Below are positions 38,808 to 48,334 of a DNA stretch of 64,000 nucleotides, piece by piece; position 1 is the first letter of the stretch; the number at the start of each line of letters is the position of its first letter. Origin of the DNA: a virus. Taxonomy: Duplodnaviria > Caudoviricetes. The position numbers and the translations under genes are program-made. The stretch is from IMG/VR virus record IMGVR_UViG_3300022555_000004; one strand, written 5' to 3'. The notes beneath the pieces were generated by a model. It saw only the letters and a list, made by a program, of their open reading frames with translations, had not been told where the DNA came from and did no database searches.

Positions 38808-38999
38808 TTACCAATTCTCCACGTCAGTTAAATCAAGTATTTCACCACATTTACATTTATATTGCACAACATCACCTAGTCCTGTTGGCATAAACATGTA
38901 CCATTCGCCGCCACCAATTGCTCCTGTATACTTCTTTTTACATTTTGGATGGAATGCTTTCACTTTTTCCATCTGTTCTGGTGTTATCTCAAATTTCAT
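38808..38999 (-). CDS. Small hypothetical protein
   Basis: 63 aa; YMFMPTGLGDVVQYKCKCGEILDLTDVENW; tight spacing on both sides. Confidence 0.65.
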   Translation of the reverse strand: MKFEITPEQMEKVKAFHPKCKKKYTGAIGGGEWYMFMPTGLGDVVQYKCKCGEILDLTDVENW

Positions 39000-39009
39000 A
39001 CTATTTCCT

Positions 39010-40314
39010 TTATTTTTGTTGGAACAACATGTGGCGTAAGGCCGGATATATATAAGTCCGGTCTTTTATTTCACATGCTAATATATGTTTAGTGTCATTT
39101 TTGAAAAATGTCTTACCATCAATGGTAGAGGCCATCATATCAAAGTTTTTTCTAAATTCTTTCAATAAATTGCCGGAATTATATTCCCCTGTTGGTTTTA
39201 TTTCAAGATATCCTAACATATTCAATCCGTTGTCTATCATGGTTTTTGCTGATGCCATGGTTTTTGAAGTATAAAAATCTTCACCATCCGATACATACAT
39301 ACAGTAACGATTCCATTGTTCTTCGGGAAACTCTGTTTCTAATGTATAATTGGCCAAATCAAATGCTGTATGACAGAATGTTCCGCCCCATTCACCTTTT
39401 TTGAAAAACGAATCTTCATCTACAAGTCTTGCTTCTGTTGTATGAACAATGAAACGTATTTGAACATTTTCATATGCTTTCTTTAAAAATTCAACCATCC
39501 AGAACAAGAAAGACCTACTTAGATATTTTTTATCTGGTGTCATAGAACCTGAAATGTCCATCATGGCTATAATAACGGCATTACTTGTGGGTTCAAATTT
39601 TTCAGATATTTTCTTATATCTCATATCATCGTCTTCAATGTATAGAAGTGTTGGGTCTATATTGTCATCAACCGTATTCGCTTTGACTAATTCTATTGCT
39701 AATTCTAAATCACCGGCTGCCTGAACAAGAGCCTTTTCAGCAATAATCATTTCACATTTTGTTTCTTCCATTATCTCGGCGATATATGCTGCTGTTCGTT
39801 TCAATGCTTCTGTTACTGTTTTCTTCTTATGTAATCTTGGCTGAATACCAATTTTAGAAATTCCTTCAAACTTCCATCCTGCCGGCACCAATGTTTCTAT
39901 CTTAGTTTTTTCTTCAAGATATGGTAGGCCAAGGTCTTCAAACATGATTTTGATAAGATAATCAATATCAACTTCAACTTCCATGTATTCATCACCACGT
40001 TCATTACCAGCCTGTTGGCCTTGTGACCCATCATCGCCCGGTCTTCTGGCAATAACATCACCCGGCTTTCCTTTGCCTTGACCAACACCACCACGTTGAG
40101 CATCATCGTTGATACCATGTCGGAATTGAAAATCTTTCAATCCCTTGATCGGAATTCTTATTTTTTTAGATCCTTTTTTAGTAATAATGGATTCTTCGCC
40201 TATAATATTTTTTACATTTTTTCTAATCTGGTCGTCCACTTTTTCACGATGCCTTTGTGCATCCTTTCTTCCACGTTCATTTAGTTCCCATCCATCATGT
40301 GCTACAATTGACAT
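39010..40314 (-). CDS. yeaH: YeaH/YhbH (DUF444, vWA-like) protein
   Basis: DAQRHREKV, IRIPIKGL..FRHG, GQGKGKPGDVI, AMMDISGSM, FIVHTTEA, GGTFC, YVSDGED. Confidence 0.93.
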   Translation of the reverse strand: MSIVAHDGWELNERGRKDAQRHREKVDDQIRKNVKNIIGEESIITKKGSKKIRIPIKGLKDFQFRHGINDDAQRGGVGQGKGKPGDVIARRPGDDGSQGQQAGNERGDEYMEVEVDIDYLIKIMFEDLGLPYLEEKTKIETLVPAGWKFEGISKIGIQPRLHKKKTVTEALKRTAAYIAEIMEETKCEMIIAEKALVQAAGDLELAIELVKANTVDDNIDPTLLYIEDDDMRYKKISEKFEPTSNAVIIAMMDISGSMTPDKKYLSRSFLFWMVEFLKKAYENVQIRFIVHTTEARLVDEDSFFKKGEWGGTFCHTAFDLANYTLETEFPEEQWNRYCMYVSDGEDFYTSKTMASAKTMIDNGLNMLGYLEIKPTGEYNSGNLLKEFRKNFDMMASTIDGKTFFKNDTKHILACEIKDRTYIYPALRHMLFQQK

Positions 40315-40329
40315 TATTTTTCTCCAATT

Positions 40330-40527
40330 TTAATTTGATCGTCCTGATGTTCCAAAGCCATATGGGCACCGCCCTTTAACGCCTTTACATGAATCCCATA
40401 CTATAGATTCATAATATGGATCTATTTTCCCATTTGACCCATTTTCTTCTTGTGGTCTGCCTGCACAACCAGACGTGCCTGATCGTCCGCCACATTTCCA
40501 ATCTTCGTTTATTATATCATCAAACAT
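40330..40527 (-). CDS. Small Cys-containing hypothetical protein
   Basis: Likely start MFDDIINED at 40527, coupled TAATG with the upstream ORF. Confidence 0.55.
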   Translation of the reverse strand: MFDDIINEDWKCGGRSGTSGCAGRPQEENGSNGKIDPYYESIVWDSCKGVKGRCPYGFGTSGRSN

Positions 40528-40712
40528 TATTCTTTCTCTCCTGTTTGACTTGGATGTGTGCCAGCGCCCAAACTGCATACACAATGATAACATTTTATCA
40601 CTTCTTTCAGTGAATAGTGTTCAATATTATCAGAATATACACAACGCCATCCTAACATTTTAGGATTTTTAACTTTGTATATATTTTCTTCAATAATTAA
40701 ATCATCAAACAT
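40527..40712 (-). CDS. Small Cys-containing hypothetical protein
   Basis: MFDDLIIEE..., GAGGT RBS, downstream of a sigma70 promoter. Confidence 0.55.
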   Translation of the reverse strand: MFDDLIIEENIYKVKNPKMLGWRCVYSDNIEHYSLKEVIKCYHCVCSLGAGTHPSQTGEKE

Positions 40713-40732
40713 TTTTTACCTCAATATTATTT

Positions 40733-40760
40733 ATTATACACTTTTTTATGATTTTGTCAA
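40733..40760 (-). promoter_or_regulatory. Sigma70 promoter for the yeaH-spoVR unit
   Basis: TTGACA-16 nt-TATAAT. Confidence 0.7.
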
Positions 40761-40764
40761 TAAT

Positions 40765-40804
40765 AAAAATATCCCTGATTGAAAGGAGTAACAATCGGGG
40801 ATAT
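40765..40804 (-). terminator. Terminator after the HNH gene
   Basis: ATATCCCTGATTG / CAATCGGGGATAT inverted repeat with a T-run on the minus strand. Confidence 0.75.
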
Positions 40805-40822
40805 CCGGCACAACAAGGAATG

Positions 40823-41437
40823 TTATGCCTGTGTGAGGGTCTTTAAACCATCAATATATATTATAAATTTTTCTTCATATTCTTGTTCTTTATGATTTAC
40901 TTTACTTTGATGGCATTTCTTGCATAATGTTATTCCATTATTTTCGTCAAATCTTATGTCTGGATATAATGAAAAACGTTTTATATGATGGGGTTCTAAT
41001 TTATTACCATGTTGACCACATAAAGCACATGTATAATTATCCCGCTCAAAAACTTTCGCTCTCCATTTTTTCCAATCATCAGTTCTATAATAAAAATGAC
41101 TACCTTCGTTTCTTTTTCCGCCGCCTCGCCAATTTGGATTTAAATTTCCAGGCTTGCCTGGATTGTTTAATTTCATCCAGTTTGATGATCCTAGATTTGG
41201 AACACCATAACATGGGTGATTTTTACCCGTTGGGTATATACGGCCGTTATTTACATTTTCATAACTAGCTTTACATGATTTACAACAAAATTCACCTTTA
41301 CTACACGGTTGTTTCAAGAACATATCACCACATTGTTTACAAGGGCCGGCTTCAATATATTTTTTTCCTAGTTTGTTTCTATATACACCGTTTTTTGTCA
41401 AATGATATTCATTCAAATCTACGTCAATTGACTTCAT
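40823..41437 (-). CDS. HNH endonuclease
   Basis: CALCGQHGNKLEPHHIKRF...ENNGITLCKKCH; NPNWRGG; start MKSIDV at 41437. Confidence 0.88.
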   Translation of the reverse strand: MKSIDVDLNEYHLTKNGVYRNKLGKKYIEAGPCKQCGDMFLKQPCSKGEFCCKSCKASYENVNNGRIYPTGKNHPCYGVPNLGSSNWMKLNNPGKPGNLNPNWRGGGKRNEGSHFYYRTDDWKKWRAKVFERDNYTCALCGQHGNKLEPHHIKRFSLYPDIRFDENNGITLCKKCHQSKVNHKEQEYEEKFIIYIDGLKTLTQA

Positions 41438-41518
41438 TATAAATACCTCCAAATTGATATCTAATGGTATTTATATAACGTTCGGTTTTTGTAAACAATG
41501 TGGTAAAAAACATTGCCA

Positions 41519-43501
41519 TTATTCACTTCTTCGTAAAAGTTCTGCGACAAAACCCAAAACCATAGTCGCGCAAATTTCACAATAACCATGTTCCTTCATT
41601 TTGTTGATAGCGCTTTTTCTACGCTTTTTAGACTTATCATCAGTTGTCGATTTATCAGCAATGGTCAAAGAAACAATGTTTTTCAAATCGCTCATAAGTT
41701 TCTTTTCAATGGCCGTTTTCAAAGGATCGTAATCCTTGAAAGTGAACGGCAACCCACGTTCCAGACGAGAAGATTTGTAAACAAAAATTCCTTGTCTAAA
41801 TTCGTTTTTAGAATTTACTGGAACACTGATAAATTCTTCAATCTGCCTCATTAACTTTTCATCTGGTTCACTGTATTCGCCAGTGATAGAATCAAAGACT
41901 TTTTCTTTTCTGCAAAAAGATGAAGCATTGATGATGTAATTTTCAAACAATGACTGCGCTTGTTCCTCATATGCTGTAAGGAAGGCCATGTTTACTTCTT
42001 TTCTTGCCATTTGTTTGTATTCATAACTGATCGAATCCTTTTCACCAATCAACATTGTAACATATTTTTCTTTGTCTTCTGGTGTAATACCAACATGATG
42101 TTCAAAGTTTGTTTTCAAAACTCTGATGATATCAATAGGATTGATACATTTTTTATCTTCTTTCATACCAAGAGCGATGTTCAAGGCATTGATAATAAAT
42201 CTTGGAGAAATGCCTTCCATACCTTCGCCCTTTATTTTACCTTCTTCTCTAAGAGCTTTCAGGTCAATTTCTTGCTTTTTCATTTCTTCTGTAATTTCAC
42301 CATTATAGATTTTCATTTTTTCTACAAGGTTAGAAACTCTTGTGCTAGGCACTAAACGAGAAAGAACAGCAAACTGAGCGGCAACTTTCAATGTGCCCGG
42401 TGCAATGTGAATACCATGAAAATCTGATTCACGAATCATTTTTTCATAAATCTTTACTTCATCATCCACCCTCAAATTCCAAGGAACAACAACCGAATAC
42501 ATACGATCACACAATGCTTCATTCTTTTTATCCGACTTGAATGAATCATATTCCGTGAAGTTTGTATGACCAAGGATTAATGTATCAATATACATCTGTG
42601 GGAATCCGGGCGATTTGATCAATTGTTCTTGTGCTGCCGTAATGAGAATATTATGAAGTTTCGTACTGCATTTCAACAATTCGATATATTCAATCATACC
42701 ACCATTGGCTACTTGTAATTCACCATTGAATTGAAACGCCCGTGGGTCTGTTTCCCCATATCGTGTGATTTTACTCATATTTACACGACCAATCAATTCA
42801 GATACATCCTGATTCATAGGATCAGATGGAACAAAGGTTCCGATACCTGTTCTGGTTTGTTCAGAAAACTGAACTTGCTTTACAGGTACTTCTTCCCATT
42901 TGATATGACCATCTTCTGCCATAAATTTTTCTTTTACCATTTGTTGACATACTGGGCATAGGTCGCCTTCAATATTGACATTTAGTTTTTTCTCCCATTC
43001 TTCTCTATTAGCAAGAGGAATAAGATGTAATGGTTCCTCATTGATAGGGCATCCATCAATAACAAATTTACCAATGGGATCTCTTTCAAGACCACGTTTG
43101 ATTAATGCTGAAATTGTGCTTTTGCCTGAACTTACGGGCCCTACCATAAGTAATACACGTTTACCTGTTTCTGTTCTACGAGCAGATGCTTTCAAAAACT
43201 TCATAAGGTCATGAATAGATTCTAATGAACCATAAATTTTTTCATCGAAAAATTTATACTTTACTAGGTCTTCATAACCACGCGTTTTGAGAGATTCATC
43301 TACTTGGTCTACACCGTAAGACATAATCATGTTGTAGATTCTGCCCGGTGCAAACGTTGCTATATCAGGATTTTCCTGCACTTTATACAGGTATTCTAAC
43401 ATAGAGCCTGTCCATTTAGCAACAGGTGTTTTTTCCCTTTGATTAATAATTAATTCTCTGAAATCAGCCATTTCCATCATATTCTCCTTTGTCCCCCACA
43501 T
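41519..43501 (-). CDS. prkA: PrkA/YeaG family AAA+ ATPase (serine kinase family)
   Basis: LLMVGPVSSGKST, GCPINEEPL, GELQVANGGMIEYIELLK, GHTN..EY, EALCDR, EGMEGISPRF, YCEICA. Confidence 0.95.
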   Translation of the reverse strand: MWGTKENMMEMADFRELIINQREKTPVAKWTGSMLEYLYKVQENPDIATFAPGRIYNMIMSYGVDQVDESLKTRGYEDLVKYKFFDEKIYGSLESIHDLMKFLKASARRTETGKRVLLMVGPVSSGKSTISALIKRGLERDPIGKFVIDGCPINEEPLHLIPLANREEWEKKLNVNIEGDLCPVCQQMVKEKFMAEDGHIKWEEVPVKQVQFSEQTRTGIGTFVPSDPMNQDVSELIGRVNMSKITRYGETDPRAFQFNGELQVANGGMIEYIELLKCSTKLHNILITAAQEQLIKSPGFPQMYIDTLILGHTNFTEYDSFKSDKKNEALCDRMYSVVVPWNLRVDDEVKIYEKMIRESDFHGIHIAPGTLKVAAQFAVLSRLVPSTRVSNLVEKMKIYNGEITEEMKKQEIDLKALREEGKIKGEGMEGISPRFIINALNIALGMKEDKKCINPIDIIRVLKTNFEHHVGITPEDKEKYVTMLIGEKDSISYEYKQMARKEVNMAFLTAYEEQAQSLFENYIINASSFCRKEKVFDSITGEYSEPDEKLMRQIEEFISVPVNSKNEFRQGIFVYKSSRLERGLPFTFKDYDPLKTAIEKKLMSDLKNIVSLTIADKSTTDDKSKKRRKSAINKMKEHGYCEICATMVLGFVAELLRRSE

Positions 43502-43982
43502 TTTTTTGATCTTCTAACATTTTGATTTCGTTTTTATTTTGTTTCAATAATTTCAATACGGTTTCTCTGTCAGTAACTATAATATTTTGATTAACTGTAT
43601 CACCAATCTTGTTCGGATTAATACTGCTTTCTTTAATCCTTACCTCTCTTTCTTTTAATAATAACATTTTTTGCTTAATACGTAAACCCGATAAATCAAA
43701 TTCTTTTGTGTATATCTGTCCTGCGGCTACATTGATATTGGCTATTAGTTGGCTGGCAACTTCGCCCAATCGTGGTGACATCCCGGCCCTATTGATTTCT
43801 TCGATAACCCTATCTAATATTGCATTGGCCTTATTGATATTTGTTGATATAACTTCATCTGGATTACTAAGGGTATTAGAATTTAACGTTGTTACATCAA
43901 TCGGATCATCATTGATTGGTGTAAGGGCGGTGTCCATATCCATATTAAATTCTTGTGCTAAGGCATCTAGGTCAACATTCAT
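43464..43982 (-). CDS. gp16: Terminase small subunit, gp16-like
   Basis: SPRLGEVASQLI and NQNIIVTDRETVLKLLK resemble T4-like gp16 motifs. Confidence 0.65.
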   Translation of the reverse strand: MNVDLDALAQEFNMDMDTALTPINDDPIDVTTLNSNTLSNPDEVISTNINKANAILDRVIEEINRAGMSPRLGEVASQLIANINVAAGQIYTKEFDLSGLRIKQKMLLLKEREVRIKESSINPNKIGDTVNQNIIVTDRETVLKLLKQNKNEIKMLEDQKNVGDKGEYDGNG

Positions 43983-44005
43983 TATTTTTCTCCAATATTT
44001 CTTTA

Positions 44006-45559
44006 TTATACATATTTAGATTGTGTTTGTAAATGTTTAATAAATTTCATATTACCACAATCCCAAATTCTATCATAACCTTGTTCTTGCATTATATCCC
44101 ATTCAGTCATGCCTTCCCTTGTGGCCAAGTGTTTTATCCTGTCTTTACGAAAATTGAAACGATGCCATCTTTTTGTGTTATCCTTGAAATACCAATAATT
44201 AGGATTTGTTGTTCCTACAAGTTCAAACCCAATTTGTTTGTATACGTCACCTTCACTCCATCTCAAATCAGCGTAAGAGTATATTTCAGTCCATGTGTAG
44301 TTTTGTTCAAAATATTTCAATAGTTTGCCGGCTATACCAACAACAGAACATGATGTACAAAACCTGCTAAGTTCCCAAACATTTATTTTATGTGAGGCGC
44401 CTTTTGATATGTTACCTTTAGCGAAGGTCATAACAGATACTAATTCGTTATTATAGTAAGCCCCTAATTTTATTGCACATTGGGTATATCCTTGTATATG
44501 ATGTTTATCAATAAATTCCTTTGCCATTTTAGGTGTTATTTCTACGATAACACATTTTCTAGCATATACAGCTTTTTCATGCGTAAGTATATGTTTTAGT
44601 CTATCTATCACAATTTCTTTTCGTGTCACCCATTCATCTTCAAATAAAGTAATGAGTCTATACCCGGCTTCATTGCACATTTTCAACTTATTGAGATGAT
44701 AATTTTTATCTTTTTTGCCTTTTTTTGTTCCATGATAATATAATCCATCGTACTCTATAGCTATATTTTTTGAAGGGATAACAATGTCTAATTCCAGTGG
44801 TTTTATTATGCCCCTATTTTTTAATTGAATATCTATACCCAAATTTGTAATAAATTCAGCTATTTCCTTTTCGGCTTTTGACATGCCATCATTACAACAC
44901 GGGCACCTGTGCCCTAGTTGCCAGTTTGACCATGATATTGAATGTTTAGTACCTTTTGGACATACATAATTAAGTTTTTGGTTATTGTTGCTATATTCTT
45001 CTTCATTGGTCAACAGTTGATAATTATCAGTTAAAAATGCTGTATATATCATATTGAAATCGGCTTTTCTACAATTTGGGCATCTGTGACCATTGACCCA
45101 TCTTGTATAATTGGTAGTATAATTATGACCTTGTGGACATTTGACAGATATTGTAGAACCATACTTCATGTAATCATCATAAGATGTGGTCAATGTAAAA
45201 TTTTCATTTATCAGTAATTTTACTATTGTTGCATATGATGTTTTATTTGTCACTCGTCTTGTTCCATTAGACCATTCTTGTTTTCTAGCCAATGATACTT
45301 TTTGTACGATATTTTCTCTGTACTCATCATCTAACCATCTTTCTTTTGTAGCCACAGACTGTTTTTTCTTTACATCCGGTCTGCTGGCTGTATGTTTATT
45401 CCGACATTTTCTACAAAATTTACCATTATTTTGTTTTAAATATGTTCTATATGGTTGTTCTACTTGTATACCACAAATATCACAATCAAATAATATTTTT
45501 TTATGTGATCCTTCTGATAATTCCCTAAATTGTGTACCATCAACATTTCTTAAATTCAT
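44006..45559 (-). CDS. Putative homing endonuclease: zinc-ribbon repeats, Vsr/DUF559-like domain, extra C-terminal domain
   Basis: CPQGH..RCPNC and CPKG..RCPCC repeats; LDIVIPSKNIAIEYDGLYYH; RLITLFEDEW; WELSRFC...SYADLRWSEG.VY..IGF. Confidence 0.65.
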   Translation of the reverse strand: MNLRNVDGTQFRELSEGSHKKILFDCDICGIQVEQPYRTYLKQNNGKFCRKCRNKHTASRPDVKKKQSVATKERWLDDEYRENIVQKVSLARKQEWSNGTRRVTNKTSYATIVKLLINENFTLTTSYDDYMKYGSTISVKCPQGHNYTTNYTRWVNGHRCPNCRKADFNMIYTAFLTDNYQLLTNEEEYSNNNQKLNYVCPKGTKHSISWSNWQLGHRCPCCNDGMSKAEKEIAEFITNLGIDIQLKNRGIIKPLELDIVIPSKNIAIEYDGLYYHGTKKGKKDKNYHLNKLKMCNEAGYRLITLFEDEWVTRKEIVIDRLKHILTHEKAVYARKCVIVEITPKMAKEFIDKHHIQGYTQCAIKLGAYYNNELVSVMTFAKGNISKGASHKINVWELSRFCTSCSVVGIAGKLLKYFEQNYTWTEIYSYADLRWSEGDVYKQIGFELVGTTNPNYWYFKDNTKRWHRFNFRKDRIKHLATREGMTEWDIMQEQGYDRIWDCGNMKFIKHLQTQSKYV

Positions 45560-45620
45560 TTTAACCTCTAATATCTATTTATCATATCAGAGGTCTAATG
45601 TCAACTTATATTTTTACAAT

Positions 45621-45655
45621 AAAAACCCCTTGTGCATTTCTACACAAGGGGTTTT
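45621..45655 (-). terminator. Terminator after the major capsid gene
   Basis: AAAAACCCCTTGTG / CACAAGGGGTTTT. Confidence 0.85.
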
Positions 45656-45679
45656 GAATTTCTAATTAATCAGACTTCC

Positions 45680-46918
45680 TTATTGTGGAAGATTACTGAT
45701 TACGATTCTTTGATAATAAAGGTTACTACCAAAGATGTGCTCATACAGCGCGTATCTGCTCATCAAACCAACTGTTGGATGGAATGACTGCTCGAAAACG
45801 GTTTTCGATACAAGCAACTGGATGTAAGGAAGATAGATAACACCGGCATCATATTCTGATGGGCCTTTATATCCTACTGTACAATAGTCACTGGATGCGA
45901 ATGTATCTCTGTAAACAGTGATACGGCCGTCCAAGGAACCGATTTTAGAAACGCCAGTTACCATTGAATTGATCTGACCATCAACGGGCCAAAGCACGAA
46001 TGATGACAATCCTTCCAATGCGGCACAAACCATAGGTGATACAACTACGAAATTACCTGCGCCCCTTCTTGTGTTGATAGCAATAAGGTTAGCTTTTCTA
46101 ACAATAGCGCTATAAAGGGTTCGATATTTTTCGGCCATCCATCTACCGTCTGCTTCTGGGCCTGTGCTGTTATAATCCCACGTACTAGCTACAGCAACAG
46201 AATTTACTTTATTGATGATTTCACGATCAATTTCTGCCGTGATTTCATAAGCAAGAACGTCCATCATTTCTTCTTCAAGATCAAGACCGTGCATAGCTTT
46301 CAAGTCCTGAGCCACTTCAAGTGACCATCTGCTTCTCAATTTACGTGTTTTTGCTTCTACCTGCGCTTTTTCAACTGTCATGTTGACTTCTGAAATTGCC
46401 GCATATGTTCCTACACCTAGACCAGCATCAGCTGAAGCACCCGTACCATTGGCACCGGAACCCAAAAGTTCACCAGCAGATGTTGCGAATCCTGCGGATG
46501 TTGCTGTACTACCTGAATACCACGGATCAATCGCGTTGTATCCAAGTTCGTCATTATAGGTAGGTGTAATAGAACCAGCAGGATATGCCTGTTGATTGTA
46601 TGTGCCACCCGCTCTATATCTAAGCGCGAACGCCAATCCTACGGGCCCTGTCATTGGCTGAACACCAACGATGTCATGAGCAATAAGCTCAGGAAATGTT
46701 CTACGAACCATTGGGATAGCAATTTGTTGGAAGTCACCGCTTGTGGCATAACCACCAGCAAGATTTCTTCCTGTCGTGCTATAGTTACCTGCTTCGTTCA
46801 GATAACCCATTTGATTCTCAAGCATTAAAGCTGTCGCTTTCAGGACTTTAGGATTCTTAATTTTACTTCCTTCATCAAGGATGTCTTTCCATTTTACTAC
46901 CAATTCTTTAAGATCCAT
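45680..46918 (-). CDS. gp23: Major capsid protein gp23
   Basis: LIAHDIVGVQPMTGPVGLAFALR, VEAKTRKLRSRWSLEVAQDLKAMHGLD, EITAEIDREI, YDAGVIYLPY. Confidence 0.97.
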   Translation of the reverse strand: MDLKELVVKWKDILDEGSKIKNPKVLKATALMLENQMGYLNEAGNYSTTGRNLAGGYATSGDFQQIAIPMVRRTFPELIAHDIVGVQPMTGPVGLAFALRYRAGGTYNQQAYPAGSITPTYNDELGYNAIDPWYSGSTATSAGFATSAGELLGSGANGTGASADAGLGVGTYAAISEVNMTVEKAQVEAKTRKLRSRWSLEVAQDLKAMHGLDLEEEMMDVLAYEITAEIDREIINKVNSVAVASTWDYNSTGPEADGRWMAEKYRTLYSAIVRKANLIAINTRRGAGNFVVVSPMVCAALEGLSSFVLWPVDGQINSMVTGVSKIGSLDGRITVYRDTFASSDYCTVGYKGPSEYDAGVIYLPYIQLLVSKTVFEQSFHPTVGLMSRYALYEHIFGSNLYYQRIVISNLPQ

Positions 46919-46948
46919 TTCTTTCCTCCTAATTTTCTTTTCTAAAAA

Positions 46949-47848
46949 TTAAATTTTATTTTCTTTTAGCATTCTCAACCAAGTTGATTTTTGTTTTTCA
47001 AAAGGACTAATCGCTTCATCAAGAACCGCTTCGTTCTTTACCACTGGGGCTAAATCAACATGACCGTTGCCATCTGCTTCTGCAGGTAATACACTTGCTG
47101 GTGCATCCACCATACTAACTCCGCATTTAGGGCATGTACCCGTTCCTGCTTCGCCTTCAAACGAATAAATTGCGCCACATTTAGGACATACTGTAGAATT
47201 TGATGCTGCTTCGCCTGCCGGTTCTTCCGTTCCTGGCGATACTTCTTCGTGCAAAATGTTTTCCGTAACATATTTGAACTTTTTATCAATTTCTGTTTTG
47301 TCTGTAATATCTCCTAAAAGACTAAAAACTTTCGTTTTCTGTGATTCTAACAGACCATCACATTTCTTGCGGAGATAAAGTTGAGCTGCCATAATTTTGG
47401 CATCTTCTTTTAGCTCCATCTCTTTAGCCATATGTGAATTAACATCGCCTTTCAGTTTAAGAATTTCTTCCTTTGCTTCTCTCAGCAAAGATTTTACTTC
47501 TTCATCAAGCATGCCTTCATCAATAGCTAATTTGATTTTGAATTGTTCAATTAATTCATTATACAATTCGCCTTTTTTTGCGTACTCCAAAACTTTTTCA
47601 GGAATTTCAAGTTCTTCATCAAGGACTGAATCAACAAAATCTGAAAATTTAGAAGTAATGTCTTTCTTATAATCCTCAAATTTTGCCTCATATTCCTCTA
47701 CTAAGGCTTCTTTTTCTTCCTTTAGAAGTTCATCGGCACGTTCTCTTGATTTCATCTCAATAATAGTTTCAATCTTTTCAGAAATTGCTATTTGTTGTGC
47801 TTCATCAAGTGTTTCAGCACCAAGTACCTTCAATACTTCTTTCAGCAT
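46949..47848 (-). CDS. gp22: Prohead scaffold protein gp22 with a zinc-ribbon insertion
   Basis: Acidic coiled coil, FSDFVDSVLDEE; located between gp21 and gp23; CPKC...CPKC near the C-terminus. Confidence 0.85.
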   Translation of the reverse strand: MLKEVLKVLGAETLDEAQQIAISEKIETIIEMKSRERADELLKEEKEALVEEYEAKFEDYKKDITSKFSDFVDSVLDEELEIPEKVLEYAKKGELYNELIEQFKIKLAIDEGMLDEEVKSLLREAKEEILKLKGDVNSHMAKEMELKEDAKIMAAQLYLRKKCDGLLESQKTKVFSLLGDITDKTEIDKKFKYVTENILHEEVSPGTEEPAGEAASNSTVCPKCGAIYSFEGEAGTGTCPKCGVSMVDAPASVLPAEADGNGHVDLAPVVKNEAVLDEAISPFEKQKSTWLRMLKENKI

Positions 47849-47982
47849 TTTTCGTCCTCCTACTGTGTATTATCATTATTGATAGAGTTATTTATAATAG
47901 ATATTTAAATATTGATTTGTATCTGAAAATCCTTATAATCAAAGGACTATTTTTACATGAAATTTATTGAATTTTAAACAAT

Positions 47983-48010
47983 AAAAAAGCTCTCATTTAG
48001 AGAGCTTATT
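47983..48010 (-). terminator. Rho-independent terminator
   Basis: AAGCTCTC / GAGAGCTT followed by a T-run on the minus strand. Confidence 0.65.
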
Positions 48011-48026
48011 ATACTTTTTATAGGGA

Positions 48027-48298
48027 TCATTTTCCCTTTCTAAATAATCTGAAAATTCCTATTGGGCCTGTTTTTCCTCTAGCTTCTTTATCTTTTATAT
48101 CTAATTCTTTTTCATAATTTTTTACTTTTTTATCAGCTAGTTTTACTTCATCTCTCTTATGTTCATTTCTATTTTTAAAATTTTGTTTTGCTCTTAGAGT
48201 ATCACCACGCTGCTCAACTTTTTAGCTTTTATTCTTTGAGCTGATGCCTTTAATTGTTCTATTCTAGCTATTTCATCAAGAATGTCATCAATATTCAT
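48027..48298 (-). pseudogene. About 90-aa Lys-rich gene with an apparent -1 frameshift in an A5 run (48219-48223)
   Basis: MNIDDILDEIARIEQLKASAQRIKAK then stops at 34 aa. Adding one A continues KVEQRGDTLRAKQNFK...IGIFRLFRKGK* to TGA at 48027, just before the terminator. Confidence 0.55.
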
Positions 48299-48334
48299 TT
48301 TTATATCCTATTTATCACTTTATAATAATATATT

